Origin: Octopus sinensis
Taxonomy: Eukaryota
Direction of reading: 5' to 3'
DNA length: 64,000 nucleotides
Assembly (NCBI RefSeq): GCF_006345805.1
Contig: NC_043008.1
Location: forward strand, 37,324,001 to 37,388,000
Shown here piece by piece: positions 52,786 to 64,000 of the stretch. A program made the translations under genes and the position numbers. Every line of letters begins with the position of its first letter. Within the stretch, counting starts at the first letter, position 1. The notes beneath the pieces are model-generated. The model did no database searches. It worked only from the letters and a program-made list of their open reading frames with translations, and had not been told where the DNA came from.

Positions 52786-55700
52786 GTTTGCATCATTAGA
52801 ATTTAGAGACTTTGAGAGAATATGAAATAATTCTTTTGTGGAATGATAAATCTCATAGCAGATAAAGCTATAAATAATAGCAAGCAAATATTGGATTAAA
52901 AACATGCCTTTCGATAGAAAAAGTCAAAGACTGCTTATGGAAATGAAACCCACATCTCCTCTAAACGTGACAGATGTTCTACTACTGGACCAAAACACAC
53001 CTGCAAATTTCTCTCTCTATTTTAGAAGCTTCATTCTAACCAGCTAGAATAGTATGTTGTTGATATCTTGAGAATTTATTATCTTCAGTCATTTGATTAA
53101 TTCACCGACAGATGGCAACCATTGACCAACAGATGCACTGTTTTACCACAACTATATGTATGAGCTCACTTAGTGTACACCTTTCCCCCGCTTTCTTCTC
53201 TCTTCTCATTCTTGCAGTAATCTACCCATCAAACCCTGCTTTAAACATTCAGCCCAAACTCTTGCTTCCCAGACTTGAAATCCTCTGAAATTATCTCTCA
53301 TTTTCTGTCTTTCCTGCTGCAGTTGGTAACAAGCTGAATACCAAGAATATTAAGTCTCACTAGTCTGCAGTGGTTTGTAAAAACCAAAAGCACCACTTCT
53401 AATTAATTAACTAATATAAATATGGCTCACAGAAGATTTAGCATCATTTTTATACATGCAGTGATGGCTTTATAAAACTTAGTTATAATATTTGAAAAAA
53501 TGTTTGTCCCTCACATTGGTATAAGATAAAAATACAAGGTTGTATCATAGCCAGTAGATTTCCGATATCTGCCTGAGATGTGGTCAGTTAACTCAAGAAA
53601 GAAAATGTTTTGTTGCCTTCTACAGTATTTGAACTCACAATATAAATGTAACTAAATGCATGCAATTACATCATTAAATAGCCACTAAAGGCATCTAAAA
53701 ACATAGAAATACTGTAAAATTCACTTTCATTTATTTCTTGAAGAGTCAAAATTTTTATAGCACAACTGTGACCTGGTCACTGAAATAAGTTGCAGGTGAA
53801 CAAAAATTCTGACACCTCATGAATTAAATTTAAAATGAATTTAACAGATTTTTCTCTGTTTTTAGATTGATATAATGGCTTTTCAATGATGTAATAGCTT
53901 TAGTTTCAATACAGTGTTTTTGATCAAGTCTTTTACTTGAGAAACCCAGCTTTGAAACTCAAATACTGATTACAGTTTATTCCAGATGTCTGCTTCTTTT
54001 ACTCTGCTTAATCAAAAATTGTAAATAAAAATATACCATATGAAGACTGTTGCAAAGAAAAAGATAACCTTTCTAGTCATCAGATTTCTACAGAGTTGGT
54101 TTCAGACTGAATTCTTTTCACTTCACACTTCTTATGTTCATAAAAATGGGATAAACACCATATCATCTCATTTGCTATCATTTACCAAAATACAAGGTAT
54201 TTGAGTGTAATTCTAAAGAAATCAAAATAATTTTTTCAACTTATATGAGTGAAAAGTTTGAGATTTGTAATCGAAGCAGACAAATAACGTTAATATGAAA
54301 ATAAGATATAGTAAATGAAATAATGCTAGGACAATTTGAAATTTAAACTTTGTTGAAAATTCAGTTTGTAGAAGTACTTAGTATTGCACTGCAATGTCTG
54401 CTGATAATATTAATAGAGAATTATTTTTGGTGAAGAGAGTGAGAAAGAAAGTAACAAAGACTGTTAAGTGACAGCAACGATCTTAACACATTTCTTTAAA
54501 AAAAAATATTCTGTGGAGTGCAAGTGTATGAGAGGAAGTTCATAGGTTGGTTTTCAGTATGTTACCAATTTTCTCATAAATTAAAGAATATAAACAAAAG
54601 AACATTTACTGGAAAGCAATCATAGAAACAATTAAGACATATTTTGCTTGATAAAGATTTTTCTCATACTCACGGTTACAGGTAAACATAATAGGGAGCC
54701 TTTTTGCATTCGACACCATGGGCAACTTTCCAGGTAGCCTGATAGTTTCAACAGGTTTTTCCTTTGTAGTTCCAAGTGAAGTGTTCTTTCAAAAAATATA
54801 TTGGTGTAATCAAATGAGCCAATCCCTGTATGTGTGTGTGTGTGTGTGAATTGCATATTTTATGGGAGTGATTGAAACACTCTATTACGGAGTGATTGAA
54901 AGCAAAACCATGCCCCAGTCGAAACTGAATATAGCACATAGCCAAAACTAAATACTGTATGGCATCTTAGTCCAACACTTTATCATTTCTGCTACTCAAC
55001 CAGATTTAATAAGGAGAATAAATGTGATCGGTGTGGTGTTGTTATTCATTAATTAACCAGAACAATTAGAATATTTTGTCAGTCTAATTAAAAAAATGTT
55101 TTAAAAAATTCTGTCAAATAGTCTTTGAAAATACTTCAGATTTTAATTTTATCAAAGAATGGGAAGGAATCAAAGACATAGTAGAAGAAAAAATGGAAAA
55201 AGAGATTGTTTAAGTTTGAAACTTTTCGTTTAAGAACTGGCTTTTCTAGAGGGAATTTAGAAATGTTTTAAGAAATTCAATATGAAACTTCTCTTTCTCA
55301 TCATATGATTTACTTTTTTTTCTTACTTTTTGATTTAAGTGTATTTATTACTATTAGATTTACTTCTTTTGTTATCTCTTCCCTTATCTTTACTTGGCAA
55401 AAACATCAAGTGAATTAAGGAAAAAAAAAATTTTTTGAAAAACGATTTTCAAATAATAATTCTCTTTTCTTTAAACTTTAAAAAAAAATCCTGATCTTTT
55501 GTAGGAAAGTAAATTAATTAAAATTTTCTTTTTAAGACTAAATCATATTGTGTATAGGCTAATAATTATTTAGAAAACTACATATATTTCTATACAGAAA
55601 TTGAGATAAAGAAGTTGTAAAATTTAGGTGTTTTTAAACCAATCTAATTTTAGACTAGATTAGAAGTTATGATTAAGTTCAAGTAGACTAATTAACACTA

Positions 55701-55789
55701 AACGTAAATAATCAAAGAGCTTTGAATCATATATCCATAAATAATATTTTCACTTCTTAAATTGGAATAACTTACCTCTTGCATTACTC

Positions 55790-56420
55790 AAGATTTGTTG
55801 AGAAGACTTGGCAAGTGCAAGTGAGACCATAACCTTGAGGCCTATGCCAAGGGTGTAACCAGTCCACTTATGTGTGCCTTTCCTTCACTGGACACTAAAC
55901 TCTGCTTGCGAAGACTTGTTGAGGCAAGTGAAATCGAAATCAAAATCGAATCGAAATCAAATTCGATGACTGGCATCTGTGCTAGTGGAGTGCTTAGAGT
56001 ACCATACAAGTGAGATCGTGGCCAGAGCAACAAGCTGGCCTCCATGGCGATGGCATGTTAAAAATACCATTCAAGCGTAATCGTTACCTGCATCACCTTA
56101 CTAGCACTTGTGCTGGTGGCATGTGAAAAAAATCATTCGAGCGAGGTCGTTGCCGGTGCCGCTGGACTGGTTCCTGTGCAGGTGGCGCATAAAAAGCACC
56201 ATTTGAGCGTGGCTGTTGCCAGTACTGCCTGAAGTGGCCCTTGTGCCGGTGGCATCCAATAGCACCCACTACACTCTTGGAGTGGTTGGCGTTAGGAAGG
56301 GCATCCAGCTGTAGAAACTCTGCCAGATCAGATTGGAGTCTGGTGCAGCCATCTGGTTTGCCAGATCTCAGTCAAATCATCCAACCCATGCTAGCATGGA
56401 AAGTGGACATTAAACGATGA
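55790..56420 (+). mobile_element. RTE 3'UTR-derived repeat (long form)
   Basis: Repeated GGTGGCA..AAAA.CACCATT subunits and terminal GGACATTAAACGATGAT. Confidence 0.8.
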
Positions 56421-56961
56421 TCCACAGAGGTGGATTTTCTACGGATTGAAAGTTCCCTGTCTGTTTCAAAATTTCTGTGTGTGTGTGTGTGATTTTTACA
56501 GGCGGATGCCATTTCTATTGCCAACCACTTCACAAAATGGACTGAAGCCATCTTTTGTGTCTTCATTACAAGAAATACTGCCTAGTCAAAGACTACTCTC
56601 TTCTATGATTATCATTGCTTAACAACTGTTCTCAGTGCTATCGTGGATTTGATGGTACAACAGAACAGGATGAGTTGGATAACCATTTCATACTCCAATG
56701 TCATGGTTACTATGGCTGGATGCCATTCCTAGTGCCAACCACTTTACAGAGTGCACTAGGAGTTTTTGTTGGCGGCACCACTACCGGTAAGGCTTTTTTG
56801 TAACTTGTAGACTAAAAGGCTACAAAAGGGCCCCTATAATTAAGAACAATAGGAGAAAGCATTGTTTGATGATTTTAGGCAAGGTGATGAAAGGAATAGT
56901 TTTGGTTGTGGGAAGTAGTAAGATGAGTAAAAGAATAGTCACTATTTGAGGAGGAAATATT

Positions 56962-57175
56962 CTTTTCTACATCAGGCGCAAAGCTTGAAATTTTTGGAGA
57001 GGGGCCAGTCAGTTAGATCCACCCCAGTATGCAAGTGGTACTTAATTTATCGACCCCCAAAAGGATGAAAGGCAAAGTCTACCTTGGCATAATTTGAACT
57101 CAGAATGTAAAGACAGATGAAATACTACTAAACATTTTGCCCAGCATGCTAATGTTTCTACCAGCTTGCGGCTTT
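56962..57175 (-). mobile_element. SINE family B variant
   Basis: Homologous to 15459-15667; imperfect TSD GAGGAAATATT / GAAGAAATATT. Confidence 0.85.
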
Positions 57176-57579
57176 AGTGGAAGAAATATTGAAGGAACAG
57201 ATGAAAAGGAAAGGATTAGTACCAGTGGTTAGTGAAAAAGGGAGAGAGAGAGAGAGAATGGTAGAGCTGATAAAGAAGGATGTGTAGGAAGGCTCATCCA
57301 AGATTATCCTACACTAAAGGGGTGAGTATGGGAGGAAGATGTGGAGAAACATAAAAGAGAAAAAACAAATAGTTAAAAATGGCAAGGTCCCAAAAGGAGT
57401 CATCAAAAGAGATGTGTGTGATTCATGGGGTTAGACTAGAGAGATGTAAGGGTGTTGACATGATAAACACCCTGTAAGGGAGGACAGTGAGAGAAAACAA
57501 GACAGATGACTGAGGGCGTGTAAGCAAGAGGGTGATGAGTGAAGTGAGCAGGCAAATGAAGGAAGAAAAGTGGGAATAT

Positions 57580-57904
57580 ATCTGTCTGTCTGTCTATATA
57601 CCTACATACATACATACATATATACATACATACATACAGATGTACATACATACATACATACATACATACATACTTCTAATCATACTTCTAATTTCTATTG
57701 GCAAGTTCACATCTATCTATCTATCTATCTATCTATCTATGTGTCTGTCTGTCTGTCTGTCTGTCTATCTGTCTGTCTATCTATCAATTTACCTACCTAT
57801 CTATCAATCTACCTACCTTCCTACCTACCTACCTACCTACCTACCTACCTACCTTCCTACCTGCCTATCTATCTATCTGTCTGTCTGTCTCTCTATCTAC
57901 CTAC

Positions 57905-57956
<52 letters not shown>

Positions 57957-58036
57957 TTATCTATCTATCTATCAATCTACCTACCTTCCTACCTACCTAT
58001 CTACCTACCTATCTACCTACCTGCCTACCTGCCTGC

Positions 58037-58126
<90 letters not shown>
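57580..58126. repeat. Compound tetranucleotide tract (CATA/CTAT/CTGT/CTAC)n
   Basis: Direct reading. Confidence 0.95.
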
Positions 58127-58749
58127 GTAGTGTTGTTGATTGGTTCAGCAAAATTAAATACTCAATAATTTGAGAGTTACTAATATTTCATGTACAGTAT
58201 CTTATTTGCAATGAATTAAGTTTCATACTGTGAAGATATCAGGTTCAGCTTAGGTCAAGCTGTCACTGCCTTAGTCAACAATCTCTAGGGTTGTTTACAG
58301 AATTGCTACAAGCAATATGAGATTATAGATAAGAAAAAAAAGCATTGAGTGTTTGCTTTGCTTGGAATCCAGGGTCACTCAGTATTCTAAATCATAAATT
58401 GCATTCCTTAGCTCATTAGCATATTTGTTCAGTTTAAAACCTAAAAAAACTTATTTCAATGAAACACAAGAAAATATATATAGTTGGCATTTTATGCTGT
58501 GTTGAATTTATTTAGGTGTATATGTTTAGTGCATTTGTTATAATTTCTGTTTTCTACCACTAGATGTCATTACACTTAGTCATCAACAGTTAATTAAACA
58601 CTGTAACAGAACCTAATTTGAATACAAAATGTTTTCCCTTCATCTAATGGGAACAGTACTTAAAGTTTTAAGATAAATCAATTTGTTGATGACCCAAAGA
58701 ATGCAATCTATGTTTTAAAATACTACTTCTTTAGGTAAAATGAACATTT

Positions 58750-59105
58750 GTGGCTGTGTGGTAAGTAGCTTGCTAACCAACCACACGGTTGCGGGTTCAG
58801 TTCCACTGCGTGGCATCTTGGGCAAGTGTCTTCTGCTATAGCCCCGGGCCGACCAATGCCTTGTGAGTGGATTTGGTAGACGGAAACTGAAAGAAGCCTG
58901 TCGTATATATGTATATATATGTATATGTGTGTGTCTGTGTTTGTCCCCCTAGCATTGCTTGACAACCGATGCTGGTGTGTTTATGTCCCCGTTACTTAGT
59001 GTTTCGGCAAAAAGAGACCGATAGAATAAGTACTAAAGATGGTGCTCCAGCATGGCCGCAGTCAAATGACTGAAACAAGTAAAAGAGTAAAAGAGTAAAA
59101 GAGTA
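58750..59105 (+). mobile_element. SINE family A with a ~40-bp internal deletion
   Basis: GTGGCTGTGTGGTAAG...GGTTCAGTTCC head and (GTAAAAGA)n tail; lacks the CTTACAAAGAATAAGTCCTGGGGTC segment. Confidence 0.9.
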
Positions 59106-59673
59106 TTCACTTTCAGATGACATTTTTTACTCTTATAATCTTGTCTTACACATAACCATTTTGTACACAAAACTGATGATTTTTGAGTAAAATGTGATAG
59201 CTTGATCCAAGCTGTACCAGATATCTTCTTCCCAGCATGAAACTTAAAGTAGTTTGTCACGATAAGATACTGTATATTTTATATAATGCTAGACATATAA
59301 TACATGTCTAAAATGCATAAATGAATGGAGACAATATATATCATACATCTTTAATATAAATCATACATCTTTATGAGAAATAGCTGCGAAGACGGTACAT
59401 AGATGGCACCCTACTTAATTATATGGATTTCATTTTCAAAATTGAATGCTCAGGCTTAAATAACAGAAGTTGTCTTTGATACATACATGCATACAAACAT
59501 ACATGCATAAGCACTCAGAATACAAAAAAAGACTATACATGGGTATGTTGCCCGGAAGCTTGAAGAAGACAATAGAATTAGCACAAAATGTAGCTTCTCT
59601 TTCACTATACTGAACTAGCAAGGTGCCACAATTTAAGTACATTATTCAACTGAATGTTGATTATACATACATG

Positions 59674-59747
<74 letters not shown>

Positions 59748-59816
59748 GGTCCCGGGTTGATTCGGGGTTAACCACAGTAAATAAGGTACTCAATACATAG
59801 CAGAGTAAAATTAATT

Positions 59817-59930
59817 TATTATATAGAAGGAGCTTCTACAGGACTAGAACTGTTTCATTCAAGAGAAATCTTCGAAGATTTCTCTTGAATGAAACAGTTC
59901 TAGTCCTGTAGAAGCTCCTTCTATATAATA
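59817..59930. repeat. 114-bp perfect spacerless palindrome
   Basis: Centre TTC|GAA at 59873/59874; arms checked base by base. Confidence 0.95.
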
Positions 59931-59986
59931 TATATATATATATATATAAAATATTATTTGAGACATATATGTGTATATATATATAG

Positions 59987-60017
<31 letters not shown>

Positions 60018-60302
60018 CTATAATAGTAATATAGGGAGTATAACTCCAAACTTACAGGGAAAAATTCAGTTTAGTATTAAATCAAATATATTGATTATTT
60101 ATTTTTATACTTTTGTGATCTAGTTATGTTTTAAAAAAATCTATATTTTATTTTTATTTATGAATTTGTTTATGCCTATCATTGTTTGAATTGCATAATA
60201 GTGGCTTTTCTCTAATTTATATATATATATATATATTATATATATATATATATATATGTGTGTGGTGTGTGTTGTATTTTATATATATATATGTATATAT
60301 AC

Positions 60303-60347
<45 letters not shown>

Positions 60348-60409
60348 GATTGAGTGGGTAAATGAAAGAAGGGCACTCAACTAATTTATTGGGAGTTACA
60401 CGTATGGAT

Positions 60410-60824
60410 CAAAACAGTTTGATTCAAATTCATTGGTACTCTTAAGTTTCAAGTGTGATGCTAGTCGTCAGCCATTTTGAATTTGAATGACAGAAGTTGA
60501 TTGTTATCAACATAAGGTGGGCTGCGATTGGTCAAGGAAGGTCATATGGTGTCGTGATTTGATGTTTGGTATATGGGTTACAGTTAGCTGAAAAATAACC
60601 CATGGTGAACAGTGGTCAGTTTCCTGTTCACTATGTGGTATTTTCAACTAATTCTTACTCATATATCAACATTAAATCATGACACCATATGACCTTCCTT
60701 GACCAATCGCAGCCCACCTTAGGGTGATAACAATCAACTTCTGTCATTCAAATTCAAAATGGCTGATGACTAGCATCATGCTTGAAACTCAAGAGTACCA
60801 ATGAATTTGAATCAAACTGTTTTG
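60410..60824. repeat. ~415-bp imperfect palindrome (~200-bp arms, ~11-nt spacer)
   Basis: CAAAACAGTTTGATTCAAATTCATTGGTACTC... / ...GAGTACCAATGAATTTGAATCAAACTGTTTTG. Confidence 0.95.
60760..60800 (+). ncRNA. Type-I hammerhead-like motif (mirror copy on minus strand ~60434-60474)
   Basis: TGG-CTGATGA(60763-60769)-CT AGCA TCA TGCT T-GAAAC TC AA GA GTA(60795-60797)-CCA; stem III ACTC/GAGT; stem II closure imperfect. Confidence 0.65.
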
Positions 60825-60829
60825 GAGGG

Positions 60830-61033
60830 CCACCTGATTGGCTCCTGTACCAGTAGCACATAAGAAGCACCTACTACACTGTTGGAGTGGTTGGCATTAG
60901 GAAGGGTATCCAACTGTAGAAACATTGTCAGATCAGACTGGAGCCTGGTGCAGCCACTGTCTTTCCAGACCTCAGTCAAACTGTCCAACCCCTGCCAGCA
61001 TGGAAAGCAGATGTTAAACAATGATGATGATGA
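60830..61033 (+). mobile_element. RTE 3'UTR-derived repeat
   Basis: GGAGTGGTTGGCATTAGGAAGGG...GTTAAACAATGATGAT. Confidence 0.8.
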
Positions 61034-61502
61034 TACACACTCAATTACTGTAAGTCAGAAGTGAAATAAATTAAAATATTACAAAGAAATAAGAATGATA
61101 GATGGAAGGAAAAAGAGGACGTTTCCTGATGGACTGTTTCATGGCTTGTTGACTACTCCTCAGATAAAGTGTACCTGACTTCCTTTCTCAGTCAACATGG
61201 CAAATCACTCAGTTGTTATAATGCTGTCATAAATTAGGCTAGCTCTATAGTGGACAGACTAAGAGGCATATTTATGCTTTGGATACCTCAGCATGAATTA
61301 AACAGTATCTATGTTTTGCACAGCACCACATAAATAAGAAGACAGATAATTTGCTCTCAGCTATGAGTGCATTGAATCATATAGCAGTAGAGCAGAAACA
61401 GTTGTAAATTAATGAAGTTCATTGTCGTCTGTTTAATTTCTTATATATATACAATATATGTATGTATGTATACACACACACACACAACATATATATACAT
61501 GC

Positions 61503-61533
<31 letters not shown>

Positions 61534-61766
61534 TACATACATATTATACATATATATATACATACACACACAACACATATATATATATATAGTATAATAT
61601 ATAAAACATATGAATTGAAGAAATATGAACGCAGAATTGACAGAAATCGTTTATTCATCTACACGTGTTTCTAAAGGCACAAATTACCAACATCCGATGA
61701 TAATGGATGATGCTACTAAGGATCGGTTAAACTTTTGATTATCTACTACAAGATTATTCATCATTT

Positions 61767-61831
<65 letters not shown>

Positions 61832-62520
61832 GAGAGATAGATAGATAGATAGATAGATATACATATATATATATATTTATCTAATACGCAGATATTCATA
61901 TATATGAAATTTTTTTAATATTTCAATTTTTTATAGATCATACTTTAGTGAGTTCCGTGTATTTTTATATCTAGCTTTATAATTATTATAACGTGTACAC
62001 CTTTTAAAACCCTAAAATTTCAAGTTTATACACTATAAACCACATGTAGGAACCTTATTAAAATGTAATGCATGAATGGAAAGCACATAAAATGACATTT
62101 AAAAAGAGAATATTTTTTTTCACATAATTTTTCAAGAAGCTATCATTCGTTATTTAATGTTATTACAAACTTTTAGAAGAAGAAATAAAATCTGATGTTG
62201 GCCTCCCAGTTGAATTATATCTCCATGTCATTTATAAATGTAAGACAGGAAACACAAATAAAAAATATTTAACTCCATAAGCCCATTACATAAGACACAG
62301 AATATAAGTTATCCTTGAAAATACTTACATACATATACATATGCACACATATATGAATGAAGGTATATATATATATGTGTGTTTGTGTGTATGTATATAT
62401 ATATATATATATTTCAAATAATGAGGGTGAAAAATTGAATATTAATTTGATTAATGTCAATTTAAAACCACTGGTCTAGCATGTTAAAATCTGAAGATAC
62501 AGAAAAATTATATTACATAC

Positions 62521-62734
62521 ATATAAGAGGGGTGGTCACTATGTGGACATCCATATGCTAGAAGTAGATCTGCTATGATCTTACCACTAAGAAAGGAATG
62601 TTCTCAAGAAAATATTAACAAATGCCAGAACGTTTGCTAAAATTTTCTTGAGAACATCCCTTTCTTAGTGGTAAGACCATAGCGGATCTACTTCTAGCGT
62701 ATGGATGTCCACGTAGTGGTCATCCCTCTTATAT
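62521..62734. mobile_element. Hairpin element (~95-bp arms), same family as 12826-13154
   Basis: ATATAAGAGGGGTGGTCACTATGTGGACATCC...TCTCAAGAAAAT / ATTTTCTTGAGAAC...GGATGTCCACGTAGTGGTCATCCCTCTTATAT. Confidence 0.85.
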
Positions 62735-62904
62735 GCATATATATATATATATATATATGTATAAAAATATATATAAAAATACAAAATGGGACAAGAATAC
62801 AAAACATTCAAATAGACGACACAAAAAAAACCAACGGGTCATTCAAAGCCTCTAATCTTCAGTCAAGAACCGGATCATCTTCGCAATTTCGGCTTGACCA
62901 AACC

Positions 62905-63170
62905 ATCAGATGCTGTAGTATGCCTCTAGTCATGCTGCCTGTGCTTTTCCTTCTTGATCCAAATTGCTTAACTAAATTGTATTCCCGTCATTGTTGAAGT
63001 ATTCCAAGTGACCTTTCACGATCTCTTGGCTACCTATTAGCCTTTGCATGAGTCCACCTGTTGCCTGTGAGCCTTGTGACATGTCTGGCCCAGCGAAATT
63101 TGTGCTTTCAGTAACCTGAAATCACATTGTTCACTCTGTTCTGTTCTTGAGAATATAATGTGCATATATG
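62905..63170 (-). pseudogene. Old RTE LINE C-terminal fragment
   Basis: Minus frame KFRWARHVTRLTGNRWTH...PRDRERS resembles RTE WAGHV.R..D.RW...PR. Confidence 0.65.
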
Positions 63171-64000
63171 ATGATGATGATGATGATGATGTTGTTGTTT
63201 ATGTGTTTGTGTGAGTGAGCATGTGGATGTGTGCCTGGTATCAGATCATACCACTGTCTGGATCTAACAACAGCTGATGAGAGAGAGAGAGAGAGAGAGA
63301 AATTGACTGGTGTTTTCAGTATCGGTCCAGGAAAGATGAAAACCATATCTGACCTCGGTGAGATTTGACCTCAGAGCACAAAGAACTGAGACAAAGTCTA
63401 CAAAGCATTCTATTCAACATATTAACGACTCTGTCAATTCCTTGCCTTAGGATATAGGAATGACTTGTAGAAATCAAAAGTTCAACTGTAATTATCTAAA
63501 TGTTAATAATCTGGAACAGAAAAGATTTCTGGTAGTGCAGAGCACCACCAATTTCTTCAGAGTCTGCTTTTTTTATTTTAGCAATCTCAATATGATTTGA
63601 ACTAGGAATGTTAAGGATCATAAACTAAATACAGCAAGTGCTTAGTGCTTTCATTCTGTTATGCCACTATCTTATTGATAGTAATACTAATAATAAATCA
63701 AGTACAATTTGATTTGAGAATTAAATAGCTAGACACTGATGCTAGAGCATAATATAGCATCTTTAATTAAACAGGTAATCATGAATAATACCATTTTCTC
63801 TTCAGCTTGTGGATTAGTTTCTGTGTGATCATGCAGTCTTTTGGCAGTGTTTGATGTTTTTATTTCACATTTGCTCTTTGGTCTTTCATTTTGCAAAATC
63901 TCACATTACTTTTGACACTTTTCAATCTAAAAGTTGTAGTTGGTGAACTCTGAGGAACTTAGGGAAGGAACTTTCTCGTTGCCATGTTAACAAAAAAAAA

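Noticed and set aside
53105-59412. CTCF-like words (CAGATGGCA 53110, CCACTAGATGTCA 58557, TAGATGGCAC 59400)
   Set aside because: Partial matches expected by chance in 64 kb
62830-62900. Minus-strand CTGAAGA in a TA-adjacent segment
   Set aside because: No downstream GAAA and stem III in the required order

Overview
AT-rich eukaryotic non-coding DNA packed with (TA)n/(CA)n/(CAT)n microsatellites and decayed transposons. The SINE, RTE and maT families look like those of an octopus/coleoid cephalopod (inference from recall, not a search). I can support no intact host protein-coding exon: the long ORFs are microsatellite read-through or broken transposon frames. Recognisable elements are mariner and maT (DD37D) transposase relics, hAT/Tigger/piggyBac/mariner MITEs, RTE, CR1 and RLE-clade LINE 3' ends, at least three tRNA-derived SINE families, three minisatellites and a near-identical 1.24-kb tandem duplication. 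The most interesting signal is a dispersed set of short, mutually unrelated non-coding elements carrying minimal type-I hammerhead ribozyme motifs (CUGANGA...GAAAC-short self-complementary loop-GUH). Intact or near-intact cores lie at 15011-15096, 25118-25162 and 60760-60800; decayed or partial ones at about 9.2, 10.4, 28.6, 46.5, 50.9, 59.9 and 61.7 kb. Several sit in long fold-back palindromes next to (TA)n tracts, and one also carries a tRNA-like head. This fits non-autonomous Penelope-like pLTR/retrozyme elements. All alignments and folds were made by eye, so boundaries of degenerate elements are approximate.
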